Source: Nemertoderma westbladi
Lineage: Eukaryota > Animalia > Xenacoelomorpha
DNA length: 64,000 nt
Direction of reading: 5' to 3'
Assembly (NCBI GenBank): GCA_032718475.1
Contig: JAUCBJ010007509.1
Location: forward strand, 1 to 64,000
The notes under the pieces were generated by a model. The model made no database searches. It was not told the DNA's origin and saw only the letters and a list, made by a program, of their open reading frames with translations. Both the position numbers and the translations under genes were made by a program. Within the stretch, counting starts at the first letter, position 1, and each line of letters opens with the position of its first letter. Below are positions 36,358 through 48,059 of the stretch, piece after piece.

Positions 36358-39300
36358 TGTTTGGTTCCCGATAAATAGGTATATTGTTTTTCTTTATCGG
36401 TTTTTTGACCTTTGTTTGATAGTGACCCCAGGGAAGCGAATGATTTTTATTAACCCAATAAAGTTTATCATCAAATGCGCTGAGAGCAAACTTATCACGT
36501 GCTACAGTGTACACTTTGTGTAATTTGCTCTGAAATTGATGTATTTCTTTTGAAATTTCTTCGTTTGAGTTATATGCTCTTACATAATCTTCGTGGCAAA
36601 TATTTTTTTCCACGACAGCTCTTGTAATACCTTTTGCTCTACGAATATTGGATTCATTGAATTCCAAAATTGAATATAATTTTGGTCTTAAAAATACTGC
36701 TTGTTTAATTTCACGTGAGGCTAGTTCGTCTTTACAGTAATAGAGTCTGGATTTATTTTTATCGCTGTAGAGAGGGTGATCCTTGGGGTAATTGGATGTA
36801 TCTAAAATATTATTTTTAATTAAGGCTTTTAAGAAATTACTCTGCGATGTATTATAGTAACAACCTATTAAAGAGTCCGTATCTGATGCTACAATTTCAA
36901 TTCGACAGTTTAATTCTTTCTCAATAGGTAGCAATTTATCATAATACAGCTGATACATATCCAATTTAGCCAAGTCCAAGACAGTACTACCTATATAGAC
37001 CGGCTTATCGAGAGTTACAGAGTCTTTTACTAATAAGTGACCCGATAAGGAATCGTTATAAATCATGAAATTTTCGTGATTTATACGTTTGACTAATTGG
37101 TCACATTTTTCTTTACTATTAGCGATACGAAAGTTGCATCGGTCCCTTATTTTTTCAATCGTTTTTCCAAATAACGAATTATTCAGAAGCTTCGCGACAG
37201 CTGTTTCAATATACGTTTTTGCTATTCTCCTTTGATTAATATTAAAATCTATATAGGGTTTAAATACAAAGTCTTGATGGAAAGAATACAATTTATGGAG
37301 CTTAGTAACAATTAAACCTTGTTTTATATAAAATTTTAACAGTTTTAAATTTACATGATAGAATTCCTTATCGAATTGTGTCAACATAAGTTTTGGTGCA
37401 CACATCTTATAATTGCTATTAGTGCCTCTTTGTTTACAAACATGATTATATTGTTCCCTCATATATGGTGAAAGCATTGTCTCATTTATACTTAAATGTT
37501 CTGGAGCTAAGGGTAGTTCTAATGTACGATCGTGAATATCTTTGGGATATTTCAAATCGCAAATTAAGAAAAACCCAATATCCCCTTCAGTATCAAGATT
37601 TGATAAATATTTTATTAGTTCTTCTGGAGCAGCATTCTCTAAATATGTAACGTTGACTTGTTCAAACCCTGAAACAGGTAGCTTTTTACTTAAATTACCT
37701 GAATACAAGGAATTAAAATCTATATTGAAAATATGACACTCTTCCTTGCTTGGATCATAATTATCAGGATCTGGTATATTTGATTCTATGTAATGCTTTC
37801 GACAGAATGAAACCCCTCCTCTAATAGATGCTTCAAAATCTCTATATGTTTGGTAATCTTTTATTAATGCTAACTTACATTTATTGTATTTCAGGGCGCA
37901 ATCATAAGTGAAAGCTGCGATACTGCAATAATAAACTACTTCTAATTCGTAGTTTTGTCTACATACTCTCCTAAAGTTCTCAAATATATCAGCGAGGAGA
38001 CAAACATCGAGTTTTAAGTATGCTAAAAGATAATCCTTGAGATTCACACAGTCAAACTGACTCCATGATGCGTTGGCAAAACTATATTCCTCGGGAGTAC
38101 AGGTATTTTGTGTTAATTTACTATAAAATTTGTCTATTGATGGTAATTTCGAATCATTGAATTTATTTAAATCTGACAGATACTCGTAGGGAAATATACC
38201 TTTTCGTTTAATTGTTGCATTATTTAAATTTGGATAAAAATGTTTCATTTGCTGTTCAGTAATTGGTAGAACTGATGTTATATCCTCGCTGTCTATATCC
38301 TTTGTTGAACAATCAACTAAAGTACTTAGGGAAAAGGATAAAAATTGATATGTGTCTAAGACACGTAGCTCGATTTTTGTTTTTTGTTCTTTCACTGGTA
38401 TATGCATACTCAGTGAAATATACCTTTCAGAATTTTTAGGGATTACCTTTATATCCCAATCGGAATATTTGTTATTGCTAAACCCAACTTGCAAAAGAAA
38501 ATGCAAATCGTAGAGATTGCAGTTGTGTGCAGCGAGTATATACATGTGTCGTTTCAACGATAAAGAGCGGTTACATGCGTTACAAGCGGCTGCTATATAG
38601 TTACCAGTAATATGTGAGTGATGTTTATTTTTCTCAGACTTATCCTTAAATAAAACATCTACTTCGTTAAGTATAATCTTCTCTCGCGTATGGGTTTCTG
38701 CCCACTTATATAATTGGGTGATGTCATTATATACAGAGTCTAAAAAGTCTTGAATACAGTTGTTGTCGATTGTTTTTGTAAAGGTCTTCAAATAAAATTT
38801 TGGTGGATTGATTAATTCACTACTAGGAACAATTAAATAACTTACAGCGCATGGAATATGATTCTGAATAAATTTACTGTTGGTGGCTGGCTCCAAAATA
38901 GATTCTATGTCAAAATATATTACAAACAATGCTGGTAATGTTCTGTCTAAATTTCTAAAGCTAATGTGAGTTCTTTTTTCAGACGGTAGCTTCTCAACTT
39001 GACTTTTTCCTCGATAACAAGCAAGACGGTGACGTTCTAGAACATTTCTGTAGAAATGCGACAAATACCGTTCGCAATATTTCCTACATCTAATATGCTT
39101 ACCTGTTGTATTCATCAAACGATTCAAGTTAGTTATGCAAACATAATGTGATTGTTTACTCGTATTCTTATTTTTTACAAGTAATATATTCAATAACTCT
39201 TTATCTGGAGTGATTTTACTAAATGGAGCCTGTCTTAATATAGATACTCGATTGTTGTCGTAGAGTAATAAATTAATTATATATGCTGAATTCTGTTTTT

Positions 39301-40309
39301 CAAAAAGTTTAATTGCAAGCTGCCATTCTGTTGGATAATCTTTGTTCCCATTGTCAAAAATAAAATGACTCATATAATTTTTGTACTGCGAAGTACGATA
39401 TTTGTTGTTCTTCACTTTGCTACTAAATTTTGTGGCTATAATTGCCCATTTAAAACAATCATTATCAGCCGTTTGTATATTTATAACACATCGTTTACTC
39501 GATAGAGCCTTAGGTAACTCCATATAACCGTGACCTTTATATTCCAGTGACTTACACTTGGATTCAGCTACTTTAATTTCCACTCTTAATAAAGATTTAA
39601 CGCGCTACCCTGAGCCACGAGTGTTAAATATGGCTATTTTTTGCATTAATTTTTCTAGTACATACTCAAACCATGTGTCAAAACTTTCATGTGAATCTAC
39701 GGTATTAACTGAACCACCTGGAGAACTAAAATAGAAAGTTTCTTCTTGGTCACCCTCTGAAAAATGTGATCGATACATGAGTATATTCACACCTAGCCAG
39801 GGTCTAAGTACATTCATTTCGCTAAGTTTTCCTAATAATAAGTTTTTGATGTGTGGTAGAATATGAACTATGGATGAATGAATATCAGGAAAATCTTCAT
39901 CATTTGGAAGATTATAAACATAGATTTCTAAACGGTTATCGTGTGCGGATCGTTCGATGCTAAAAATTGATGGACCTTGACCAGATTTCAGTCTTTTTCT
40001 AGATGCTACAGTATTGTTTTGGTTCCGTTGTGATGGTCTAACATGATAATAACGTTGGTGGCAGTCGTGACGTAAATAATTCTCATATAAATACTCTTTA
40101 TTACAAGTAGGGCAAGTTTTTTCATACACGTAAAGCTTCATTTCTTTACATCCCGTAGTTGTTTCATGTCGTTTGCATATTTCTTCACGTGAACATTTCA
40201 CATGACAATTAAAACAATTGTATTCTTCAAAATGAGATTTCACGTGTGTTAAATAATTTCGTTTAGAAATTTGAAGAGGACAAAATGGACATTTCAATTG
40301 TTTATCCAT
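36335..40309 (-). CDS. Protein-primed family B DNA polymerase with N-terminal zinc fingers; one in-frame TAG at 39605-39607
   Basis: Exo I YFDIES, Exo II HN..YD.HF, Exo III YLKLDV; RGG, DFNSLY, KLLNNSLFGK, SDTDS, RPKLY, KG; degenerate EndoVII-like HSHITG..AAC.ACN; the upstream ORF joins in frame as GSG*RVK (GSGW motif). Confidence 0.95.
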
Positions 40310-40863
40310 CTCTTTATTATCCTAAAAACAATTTAAAATTAATATGAATATTGTTATATATATAATCAAAAAAAATTCATAAGCTACTCAACACAAATAA
40401 AATATAATATCTAAACTTTAATTAATTTAATATTTTCAGAATGAGCTCGATTGAATCAGTTGAGCTCTTTATATATATATATATTTCAAGTTTCTACTTA
40501 TACCAACCAATCATAAATAACAGTTACATTGGAAACTAATATCATAAATGAAGTTGCTTTTACAACTGAATTCTTTATAATAAAATCAAGTCTAAACCAA
40601 GATGTGCATAATGCGTTTTTAATTTTCATTGATAAAGTAGGTTTTACATGCTAATGTTTTATTATGGTGGTGTAAACTCATGCATTTACATGGGAATGTT
40701 TTATACCTAATCCCATGCTCACATTAAATATAAACTATCACCAATATTTACTCAATAAAGTCACCTTTACATGCAAATACTTTATAATAATCACGCTTTG
40801 TGATAAAAAGTTACCTTTACAAGTTAGTGTGAAACTGAAAAAAAGTCTCTAGTTAATAATAAA

Positions 40864-41907
40864 TCAATCTGATACTGTTTTTATATGTTCCTTATTGTAA
40901 TCTGCTACCTCTTCACTTGCTTTTGTAACTTTTATTTTCTTTGTAGGTATAGAATCATTGTTGGGAATGGAAGATGTTTGAGATGTAGATCTGCGCTTTC
41001 TATCACTCGAGGTCTCTTCGATGTATGTCTTTGGATTAAATGTGGATGAAACTACTTCTGGAAATGACTTATTAACCTTAAACTTCCAAGTTGGTGGATA
41101 TAGAATCGCGAAACCGTCTGTTATATCAGTTGATGAAACATTTAACATCATATCGTAGAGAAACTCTATATATGGTATGTCTTTATCGTAATGTAACTGT
41201 AAATATTTGCTTTCCTTGTCTGTAATAATTACTTTTTTTTCTTGTACATTTATTTTTACTTTAAGTCGGTCAGATAAAGCTTTATCGTCCGTATCTAGCT
41301 CTGAAAAGACACCTTCGTTACTAATTTCATAATTCCATTCATACCACAATGAATTTACTTCCGATGCTGTTAAGTTAAACCCATTATAATACCTAAGACC
41401 AATAGCATCAGAATATCTAGCTGAAATCTCCCATAGTCCCATATAAGTCGCTCCTTTATATTTGCTTACAAAACCAACAAAAGATGGGTTGGTTAAATTA
41501 ACAACAGAACACTGATTTATTATTTCGAGTGGTGGTGATAACAATTCTAATATTTCTGTCTTACTCTGAAGCAATAAATTAATGAGTGATTTGTTTAGAA
41601 TTTGACATTTGCCTTGCTTCTGAATATATACGTTTTCAGTAATAACACAGGTGGAAATATTTAACTTTCCTCTTGCAAATTCTATATTAGGATAAATATT
41701 ACCTCTTGAAACTGGTGATTCCTTTTGTCGGTTGATTAATATTTCTAAGACGTCTAGAAGGTAGAGTGTATCCTGGTAAGAGAAGCACGTTGTTACATTG
41801 CTATCGCTTGAGAGTAATATAAGGTACTTGCCATAAACAATACTACAGGTATATTTATTAAATGTAAATTTCCAAGTATTGCTTGAAGTTTTTTTAAATA
41901 AATCCAT
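40864..41907 (-). CDS. Polinton protein (347 aa) with a PC4-like segment
   Basis: FVSKYKGATYMGLWE-x13-GFNLTASEVNSL resembles the PC4 pattern V..FKG....DIRE....KGISL..EQW..L; basic S/T-rich C-terminus with KRR/KKIK (NLS-like). Confidence 0.55.
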   Translation of the reverse strand: MDLFKKTSSNTWKFTFNKYTCSIVYGKYLILLSSDSNVTTCFSYQDTLYLLDVLEILINRQKESPVSRGNIYPNIEFARGKLNISTCVITENVYIQKQGKCQILNKSLINLLLQSKTEILELLSPPLEIINQCSVVNLTNPSFVGFVSKYKGATYMGLWEISARYSDAIGLRYYNGFNLTASEVNSLWYEWNYEISNEGVFSELDTDDKALSDRLKVKINVQEKKVIITDKESKYLQLHYDKDIPYIEFLYDMMLNVSSTDITDGFAILYPPTWKFKVNKSFPEVVSSTFNPKTYIEETSSDRKRRSTSQTSSIPNNDSIPTKKIKVTKASEEVADYNKEHIKTVSD

Positions 41908-42421
41908 AATTAGAATGAAAACTATTTTGAAAAATAAAAACTAAATAAATGATTATTAGAATGTAAAACTTCGGTTTATATGCTTGCTTTAATAAAACAG
42001 AGTGACTTACAGTGAGGAATATAGTTGCTTCGTGTAACAGATGCAACGTGTACAGCTAAATTTATTACATTAGCGTGAGTTAGAGAGTGAAATAGCAGTA
42101 ACGTGTAACAGATGCAACGTGATCAATGCTAGCCCTGTCATTCTAACTTATATTCAACTTAGTTGATCGACCAGTTACATCGATAAAAGAAATCGATTAT
42201 TATTAATAGTCGAATTAATGTATTCTACGCTATAGTAATTATGTTAAGGAACTAGAAGCTATTTATAAACATCTGCTACCTGTGATGAAGATGAAGAATT
42301 CAATGACTATGGTATAACTCAGATATTTATCGCCTTTTTCTCTCGAGGTTGGATGGAAGAGTGATTGGTGAGTTGTGAGGAGTTATATCGGTCCCGGGTT
42401 CGAACCCTGTTGAATATTTTG

Positions 42422-43049
42422 TTATCTGAAAAATTGCAAAATTAAATTTAGTTACTAGTGAAAAATAGCGATTTGAAAAATAATAGAAGTTACCTGATGC
42501 TAAGTGTAGACACCCGAACACCTGTAAAATAAAGGTTGGTGATTGGATGCAGTACTAGCGTTGGGTGACTAATAACGCTTATCTGAAAAATTGCAAAATT
42601 AAATTTAGTTACTAGTGAAAAATAGCGATTTGAAAAATAATAGAAGTTACCTGATGCTAAGTGTAGACACTCGAACACCTGTAAAATAAAGGTTGGTGAT
42701 TGGAGGCAGTACTAGCGTTGGGTGACTAATAACGCTTATCTGAAAAATTGCAAAATTAAATTTAGTTACTAGTGAAAAATAGCGATTTGAAAAATAATAG
42801 AAGTTACCTGATGCTAAGTGTAGACACTCGAACACCTGTAAAATAAAGGTTGGTGATTGGATGCAGTACTAGCGTTGGGTGACTAATAACGCTTATCTGA
42901 AAAATTGCAAAATTAAATTTAGTTACTAGTGAAAAATAGCGATTTGAAAAATAATAGAAGTTACCTGATGCTAAGTGTAGACACTCGAACACCTGTAAAA
43001 TAAAGGTTGGTGATTGGATGCAGTACTAGCGTTGGGTGACTAATAACGC
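42422..43049. repeat. 157-bp tandem repeat x4 overlapping the inner right TIR
   Basis: Units start at 42422, 42579, 42736 and 42893; near-identical. Confidence 0.97.
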
Positions 43050-43243
43050 CTCTAGCGGAAGATGCGGGAACTTGAGAAGTTACCATGGTTACGGATGAAA
43101 TGCTGACATCTGATTGGTTGAAATAATAACGACCACTGCAAAAGGTTGAAATGGTGGCTTCTGATTGGCTGCAGTACCAGAAATGGATGGTAATGATGGG
43201 CTACGGGTGACTTTGTGCGGAGGGGCTAGCATCCTATACTACT
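42929..43243 (-). repeat. Polinton right TIR
   Basis: Ends ...ATACTACT; inverted match to 25122-25446. Confidence 0.95.
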
Positions 43244-43249
43244 GACGTT

Positions 43250-44453
43250 TCGACCTATAAGGCCAGCTGATTCAAATGCTGTCATTCGACCACCGGTTCA
43301 GTTTACATCGCAATCTACGACTTCGAGGAAGACTTGTGAGCCTACCGAACAACGGAGACCAGTGGATACGCGACAGTTCAACCAGTTTACATCGCAATCT
43401 ACGACTTCGAGGAAGACTTGTGAGCCTACCGAACAATGGAGATCAGTGGACGATGTTCCGAAACGAAACGTTAGAATTTGTATGACGCAACGGACGCGAG
43501 CACGTCGACCACCATATCCAGATGATAGTAGTACTTCGAGCGAATCGGATTACCCGAAACGCGAGGTATTTAGAACAGGGGCGGCCGATGAATATAAACG
43601 CGAGCGTTCAGACAACTCCTTTGTAGACAATCCTCCACAGAATACACCAACACAGAAGGCGTTACAACCAACGGACGCAATCAGTACACAACAGTTCGCC
43701 GACATCCTGCGACCAGTTGTTAACAAGTTGGCTCAGATCGAGGAACGCTTGCAGGAAGTTCACACCAACAGTTCGAGAAATTCCGAATTCGAACACAATA
43801 GAAACCCAAAGGTTCCGCAAAGACAAATACCATCGACCAATACTTCATATCAGGGAAAAGCGCCAAGAAGGGACATCAACCAGATTACCAACCAAGGACG
43901 CGAAACTCTGAACGTTGCCGAGGAAATAGCGAAATTCGCAGCTAGACAAGGACTACCGGTGCAACAACCACCTAAGTTTTCCGGTAGCTCAAAACACTGG
44001 CACACTTTCATAGACTATATCGAATCTCAGATCGCCGTGTGCGCCTTTACATCACGGGAGAAGTTTAATTACCTGCTTCAAACGTTGTCGGGAGAACCTA
44101 AACGTTTGGCGGAGACCTTCGTTGGTGTACCGGACGCCTTCGAACTAGCGTACGATCGTTTAACTTCGATCTACAGAGGTACAGTCAGCATGGCCAGGTC
44201 AGTGATAGAGGAACTCTGTAAGGGAGGGGCTATTACTAAACCCGTCGACTTATTGAAACTGGCTGACGAAATAAAGAACGCTATCACTACTTTGAGATCC
44301 ATTGGACAACTTGACTACGGGAATACCCCTACAGTCCTATTAAAGATCATAGGACGACTCCACCATCGACTTCGTCGGGAGTGGAGGAAGATCGAATACC
44401 AGCGGGAAGAGCGGGGTGGATTCTTAAAACTGGAAGATGTGTACAACAAGTAA
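43250..44453 (+). CDS. BEL/Pao gag, 3' part (DUF1759-like), truncated
   Basis: LP..QPPKFSG...W.TF, EKFNYLLQTLSGEP, AY.RL...Y motifs; in-frame 84-nt duplication at 43299/43383; no pol follows. Confidence 0.88.
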
Positions 44454-44889
44454 ATAAAAAAAAGGGCCTGTTCTGCAAAAGCTTTAAATGTACTATATTC
44501 GCACGCACCAGCCAGTTATCAACAAGCAGAAACGTGATCGGCGCAAGTTTGTTGTGCTGCTTTCCAGTGGTTAGTTAGTATGTATCAGCCCCAACACACT
44601 TTGCCAGTTCTTCTCCTTTGGGAACTTCACTCTACTGTCGTCCTGCTAGCTTGAGCATCCTGAGAAAACCTGCTGTATTGGGGCGAAACCTACTGATCAG
44701 CTGTCTGCAGTCAGCTGATCACTGATTACATGCATGTCTGGGTCTCCAGTCGATTTTTATTTACTTGTTGTACATACCTACCAGTATGGTTATTTACTAT
44801 TTTAGTAGCTTGACGTTTAAATATAAATAAAATATAATTATCAACTTTTCAAGCTTTCCTTACTACTGCTTAATCTTCAGAAAGATGGA

Positions 44890-45306
44890 GTGTGTGTGAA
44901 CTGAACTGGACCTTGGAACTGACAAAATCACTTGAACAAAGAATTGAGGGGTGCTACACAAGACTACTAAGGGCAGCCCTAAACATCAGCTGGAGACAAC
45001 ACATGATAAATGCCAATCTCTGTGGTACAATACCACCTGTATCAATAACCCTCCGTCAATGCAGATTGAGATTCAGTGGGCACTGCTGGAGAAGCAAAGC
45101 CGAAGTCATATCAGATCTACTTTTCTGGAAACCAACACATGGAAAGAGTACCTGTGGATGACCGACTACAACATATAGACCAGCTGGAAAGGGACACTGA
45201 ACTTCAGAGAAACGAAATTGCGACAACTATGGAGAATTGGGAAGCCTGGAAGGATCTCGTTTCCACTGTTCGAAATCACTCGACCTAGTAGTAGTAAGTA
45301 GTAGTA
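44890..45306 (+). mobile_element. 3' fragment of an RTE LINE (different family from 4402-6618)
   Basis: GCYTRLLRAALNISWRQH, RLRFSGHCWR, LLFWKPTHG; TAGTAGTAGTAAGTAGTAG tail. Confidence 0.85.
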
Positions 45307-45339
45307 CACATTATAAAGGCTCTTGCTAGGCTTCCATAG

Positions 45340-46000
45340 GATGGTAAAATCAACGAGAATGTTATCTTACTTGTGGATGAGATGAAGTTAGTGAAGGAAG
45401 CTTCATATAATCTGATAGATTTTGTTGGTTTGGGCAATGATGGTAACTTTTACACTATAATAGTCTGTTTTATGTTTGTTGATTTAAATAGTAATATCCT
45501 TTATTGTCTGCGCATTACCTGTTACTTCAGCTACTGCAGCTTTGATATTAAAGAGTTTCTTGGAGCAGTGGAAAATGTGACCAATTCAAAATTATCTACT
45601 AGAATGATCTAGATAGGATCCTATAATTCACCAGTCAACACTTCGACATTTAAGAAATTATATAAACATTATCCAGTGGAAAACCCATTGCCTACTGAGA
45701 TAAATAGAGTTATCAGATAGATATAAAGGTCATAAAATTTACCTGCAGTATGATCCAGAACATTTCGTTGAAAACATTTGAAAGAGTTTAGCGATTGGAA
45801 AGTTGATAGACGAGTTCAGAGTATTGCTGCATTCAAAGAGTGACAATGTAAGGAGACTGAGAAGAAGTGAACTCAACTGACCTGACATACAATGATATTT
45901 TTTATTTTTATTAATAATTATCAATATTTTATTATAGTGTCCATATTTTGGGCCCTTGTTAATTTTTCTAAGAGGGATTAACTTTGAGGTTCGAACAATG
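45340..46000 (+). pseudogene. P-element/THAP9-like transposase remnant
   Basis: VILLVDEM....Y...FVG...IVCFM pattern; heavily degraded. Confidence 0.4.
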
Positions 46001-46260
46001 TTGCCTTTCTGAAAGTTCACATGCTCTCAAATATTAATTAATTAATTTTCAAACATTTTCAAATTATGAATTTATTAATTTTCATATTCGCTCTGCAAAT
46101 TTAGTTGGGTTAATAATTTTTAGTTGGGTCGTATATATCGTATAACTAGTACCTCACACTAACTCTGCAAAATGTGCAATGTGGCTTAGACTTAAGTAGA
46201 GAAAAGGCACACAAAATATCAATATGCTCTTGATTTTTAGTACACACTTCATTTGGTGAA

Positions 46261-46620
46261 GGGGAGGCGGGGTAGCTCAGTTGGTTGAGCGCCGGGCCTG
46301 CAATCTATTGGTTGTACTACTAGGATCGGCATGCTGCATTGCAGCTGCATTTTTAAGAATGCTGTGCCGTCTTATCGACAAAATTGCACCGCCACAACTC
46401 CCTATCACCCATGACATTTGCTTGTATTGGTTGTAGGTTCAGCCCCGCCAGGGTCCACTCAGCCTTTCATCCACTGGGGTCGATAAAATGAGTACCAGTT
46501 AAATAACTGGGAGCAAATCTTGGGATAGGAGTAGCGACCACCCCTACGCTCAGGTAGCAGCTATCGAAAGAAGAGCCTTCGGGTCGCCTCCGGCTTCGGC
46601 CGACTGTTTGCTTTTTTTTT
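46261..46620 (+). mobile_element. tRNA-derived SINE
   Basis: A box TAGCTCAGTTGGTTGAGC; degenerate B box GGTTCAGCCC; central CACTCAGCCTTTCATCC..GGTCGATAAAATGAGTACCAG resembling a conserved SINE core domain; T-rich end. Confidence 0.75.
46317..46424 (-). mobile_element. 108-bp extreme 3' fragment of the same RTE family as 4402-6618, inserted in the SINE
   Basis: Near-identical to 4402-4507; 11-bp TSD TATTGGTTGTA (46306-46316, 46425-46435). Confidence 0.92.
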
Positions 46621-48059
46621 CACTCGGTGAAATGTTGATTATAACTTGACAAAGACCCTATTAAAACTATTAAAATGTTGACAGAACATAACACATTGAT
46701 TTCGCAAATGAAATCAAAAATGAAAAAGACAAAAATAGATACTTTTCAACAAAAAGGTCAAAGCAAGCTTTTGCATGCTTCTTAAAATTATATAGCCGAT
46801 GATAAATAAGCCAACTGTATTTCAATAATATTTCATTGAATTTGCTTTAATTTATGTACACCCAACAACTTTCATCATATCAACACAGTCTCCACTCATG
46901 CATTGTTGGTTGGCGGTTTTGTGGGACCGAAAGGTGAGGGCTGGTAGTGTCTGAAAGTGGCGGGGCTGCTGGTTGCTGGTGTCTGAAAGTGGTGGGGCTG
47001 CTGGTGTCTGAAAGTGGAGGGCTGCTGGTGCCTAAATTCCATGGAGCCCGGCAGTACATAAGGATTGTTTATTTTTTAATAAAATTTGTTATTTGGTATC
47101 TCTTCTAATAGCGTTGTTTGCGCTGCCGTTAGAGGAGTAAAAGGGGGTTGGTTGGGGCGCAGGTTCCAGCAATATTTGTTTCTGTCACAATCTCCCAAAA
47201 GCTCAAATTCCTCCGTTGCGATAAAGGTGGAGGCTGTGCCAAGGGTTGAGTGGCCAAGGGTGGTGACGGAGGGTGCTCTTCGGTTGGCACCAAGGGAGCA
47301 GAGCGGTTTGATTGTATCGCCCCATAAGATAGAATACCTCCAATAATGACTACAGTAACAGCAGATAGTAATTATTTAATAAAAAGTGTGCGAAAATTGA
47401 GTACACTACGACTTGTTTAAAACGTATGATATCAAATGATCGACAATAGACTCTTTTTAAGAGGCCATTTCAAAAAAATCTGTTAGGTTGTATAAATATA
47501 GTAGTAGTAGTCCATGCACCTACTCATAAAAAAATAACACATTCTTAAATTTTGTGTATTTATTAAATAGAGGCCTCCAGCGAAAACCATAATTCTTAAA
47601 ATATTTGATCGTCTATACCTCAGCTGTATCTCAACGAAATTCAGATATTGTTACATATTTCGAATCCTTGCCAATGTAAGCATTCTAATGATATGATAAA
47701 AATTACTACCAATGTGTAGAATTACCATGATACCGAGGTTGCGATTTCGCAAAAGGCACTATACACCATAGTGCCTTATATTATATGGTCACTATATTGA
47801 TTCAGTTGATGGACCAGTATTGTTAGTCACTTTTACTGTATATGTTAGAGCAATACAGATAGGGTTAGACTCATATCATTATTGTATAACAGTGAGAATA
47901 CAATCTGATTCCTGTATTCAAGAATATTTACTGTGCACAAGGTATTCAATGGAAATATTACATTGTTGCACGATTGGTAAAACAGTAAAATGAAATATAT
48001 TAAATAAAATAGTGATTCAGAAATTCAGTATTTAAAATATATTAATAGTAACAATATTT

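Larger units (their letters stand above)
25122..43243. mobile_element. Complete Polinton/Maverick (adintovirus-like endogenous virus), 18,122 bp
   Basis: AGTAGT...ACTACT termini; TIRs; 6-bp TSD GATGTT (25116-25121) / GACGTT (43244-43249); ATPase, integrase, capsid, protease and pPolB genes. Confidence 0.97.

Noticed and set aside
42327-42992. Four repeated 62-64-aa ORFs (MFECLHLASG...) and the matching ORFs at 25133-25748
   Set aside because: By-products of the 157-bp tandem repeat and TIR; non-ATG starts and no protein features
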